Below, piece by piece: positions 61,899 to 64,000 of a stretch of 64,000 bases of DNA. Source of the stretch: Aureliella sp. (GTDB lineage: Bacteria; Planctomycetota; Planctomycetia; Pirellulales; Pirellulaceae). The notes below the pieces were generated by a model, which was not told the DNA's origin, searched no databases, and saw nothing but the letters and a program-made list of their open reading frames with translations. The stretch's first letter is position 1, and each line of letters starts with the position of its first letter. The stretch lies in contig OY829846.1 in the NCBI GenBank assembly GCA_963691875.1, positions 3,552,001 through 3,616,000 on the forward strand, given 5' to 3'. A program made the translations under genes and the position numbers.

Positions 61899-63212
61899 AT
61901 GAAATCCAAACGATGCTTTGCTTTTCTAGCGATTTGCTGCTGCTTGCTGTTGCCGACAGTTGCCACAGTAGCTTCGGCTCAGGAACGGACGGCTGAGGGC
62001 TTTCGACGTTACGAAGGCAAATACATCGAACTGCTGACAGACCTGCCTGATCGAGCCGATGCGAACGTCGAACTCGAGCAGCTCCCCAAGGCTTTTGATG
62101 CGGCCATGCCGCTTTGGTGCAAATATTTTGGCGTCGAACTTGCCGAGGTAGAGGGCTGGCGCGCGAGCGCCTGCATCATGCTCGAGAAAGAGCGTTTTCG
62201 TGAAGCGGGGTTGATTCCAGCGGGCGTGCCCGAGTTTCCATACGGTTTCCAGTACTACGATCAGCTCTTCGTGAGTGAGCAGCCGAGTGCGTACTATCGC
62301 AGGCATCTATTGATACACGAGGGCACGCACTGGTTCATGAGCCATCACTTTGGGGCTAATGCTCCTCCATGGATTATGGAGGGAATGGCCGAGTGGTTTG
62401 GTACGCATCGTTGGAACTTAGAAACTCAACAGCTTGATTTGAGTATTGTTCCTGCTGACAAAATGCTCGTTCCATACTGGGGCCGAGTTCGAAAAATCCG
62501 TGAACAGCTTGAAGCTGGCACCGCTCCAAGCCTTGAAGATATTATGCAATACGACAACACCGCACACCGAAGTGTTGATGCTTACGCGTGGAGCTGGGCC
62601 GCAGTCGTGTTCATGGTGAATCATCCGGACACGAAAGAAGCGTTTCGCGAAGTCCTTCAACAACCCATGCGGCCAGACATGACTCAAACGCGTTGGCTTT
62701 TCGAAAAGCTGAAAGCGCGCTGGCCATCAATTCGAGAACAATGGAACGCATTCACGAGTGACTTAGACTATGGTTGGTCGCCCCAAGGTGGAATGCTCAC
62801 GATTTCGAACAAGCCCACTAAGCTCGTGGGAAGCTCAACACAGATGACGATTCATTCGGATCGCTCTTGGCAAGCAAGTAACGTCTACGCCACCGCCGGC
62901 AACAAAATCCGCATTCGTGCCACAGGTTCGTACGAAGTTGCGCAACTCCCCAAACCTTGGATTTGCTTCGCTGATGGAGTCACACTCGAATACTACCGTG
63001 GTCAGCCGTTGGGGCGTTTAATGCTGGCGATCTCAACACCGCGAAACAAGCCAGTCGCAACGCAACAAATCACCATCCTGCCCTTGGCCACCGAAGCAGT
63101 GGTGGAGATGCCTCAGACGGGCGAGCTACACTTCCGGGTCAACGAGGCAAGTCGTGAAAGAAGCGACAATCAGGGAGAACTAACAGTTCAAATCGAACTG
63201 CTGGAAAAGTAG
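61899..63212 (+). CDS. DUF1570-like exported protein with zincin motif and C-terminal beta-sandwich
   Basis: Signal peptide, IHEGTHW...WIMEGMAE, YAWSWA; C-terminal WQASNV...G..LGRL...GELHFRVN...DNQGELTV. Confidence 0.75.
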   Translation: MKSKRCFAFLAICCCLLLPTVATVASAQERTAEGFRRYEGKYIELLTDLPDRADANVELEQLPKAFDAAMPLWCKYFGVELAEVEGWRASACIMLEKERFREAGLIPAGVPEFPYGFQYYDQLFVSEQPSAYYRRHLLIHEGTHWFMSHHFGANAPPWIMEGMAEWFGTHRWNLETQQLDLSIVPADKMLVPYWGRVRKIREQLEAGTAPSLEDIMQYDNTAHRSVDAYAWSWAAVVFMVNHPDTKEAFREVLQQPMRPDMTQTRWLFEKLKARWPSIREQWNAFTSDLDYGWSPQGGMLTISNKPTKLVGSSTQMTIHSDRSWQASNVYATAGNKIRIRATGSYEVAQLPKPWICFADGVTLEYYRGQPLGRLMLAISTPRNKPVATQQITILPLATEAVVEMPQTGELHFRVNEASRERSDNQGELTVQIELLEK

Positions 63213-63807
63213 CAGAGTCGAAACTGCTTCAACCTCCTGCAAAAATCAATGCGGAACTTTGTCTCGCAAAATTCTATCTAGGGGGGCTCATTCTTGGAAA
63301 AGCGCAAGAAAAAAGGCAATCCTAGAACCACCCTCGTCCTTGGTTACCGAGGATAATCCCAAAATCGCCTTGGGTCTCAAGCAATTTTAACTAGTTCGAT
63401 TTTGCCCCCGTCGAACCAACCTCATTTGCTTTCGACCTGAGAAAGTATAGGCTCGAGGCAATGAACAAGCTTCCCAAACATGCTGCAAAAGCAAGTTTAT
63501 TCAGGATAATCTTGCGTGACCAGCTCTATACGAAGGATATTATCCCAGGCGGAAATATTGACGAGTCAATGTTCGCCTTTTCTTTGTTTAGCGATGGCTT
63601 CTCTGCGTTCAGAGCAGAGACAAGCATGCACCTCGGGCAACTCAACCATTGTCACGAGGTTGGTGGCATTGCATAGCATTTTCCATCGCCAGTAATGGCG
63701 AAAGCTATGAGAGAGTGTACTGCTTCGTCCAGGTGCAAGCTTCTAACAAGCTACCAGAAGAAGGAGGCTAGCTTGTGCCACAAGAACGGAAAGAAATCGA
63801 TCGCAAC

Positions 63808-63999
63808 CTATGCGGCTTTGCTTTTGTCCTCGGCCCTCATACCTGCCCAGCGGCGAAGGGTCCGCGTGTTCTTATCAAGCATTCCATGCCAGTACTTGGG
63901 GTTTCGCCAGCGAGAGACAAGTCTAATCGGTGGTGTAATCCAATCTTTGTTCTGAATCCGATCATGCATCACGGCAGGATGAGTTCCGCGAAAAGGTTC
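63808..63999 (-). CDS. C-terminal end of a gene running off the window, probably a glycosyltransferase family 2 protein
   Basis: Open minus frame from the window edge: EPFRGTHPAVMHDRIQNKDW...KSKAA*; FxGTHPAVMxxRI resembles a GT2 C-terminal motif. Confidence 0.5.
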   Translation of the reverse strand, partial: EPFRGTHPAVMHDRIQNKDWITPPIRLVSRWRNPKYWHGMLDKNTRTLRRWAGMRAEDKSKAA

Positions 64000-64000
64000 A

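Noticed and set aside
63240..63800. Short ORFs 63461-63676 and 63695-63955
   Set aside because: No recognisable motifs; the latter is antisense to the 3' end of the gene entering from the window edge.

Overview
This window is a chromosomal segment of a planctomycete, probably Pirellulaceae-like. That call rests on the DUF1559 prepilin, the LExRxLL/dockerin surface protein, SHD1 repeats, the sulfatase, the PQQ-like propeller and DUF1080/DUF1570 proteins. It opens with the stable-RNA/translation cluster tRNA-Thr, Tyr, Gly, Thr, tuf, tRNA-Trp, secE, nusG, rplK, rplA, rplJ, rplL, which ends at a terminator with no rpoBC behind it. The rest is mixed housekeeping and accessory genes: katG, mntR, an ECF sigma operon, a secretin, thrS, suhB, a DsbD-like gene, rnhA, two transsulfuration enzymes, peptidases and hydrolases. 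I found no CRISPR array, prophage, integrase or transposase. The most interesting signals are cis-regulatory. (1) A tRNA-Thr anticodon-mimic hairpin just upstream of the thrS ribosome-binding site closely resembles the E. coli thrS translational operator. (2) Tandem MntR-like boxes lie between mntR and a divergent His/Cys-rich DUF1559 pilin-like gene. (3) A Cys-rich upstream ORF reads through an intrinsic terminator and is TAATG-coupled to a cystathionine gamma-synthase, a candidate cysteine-sensing attenuator. In addition, at least seven decayed genes sit in the apparent intergenic gaps, suggesting ongoing genome erosion. All family assignments come from motif recognition by eye; no database searches were run.
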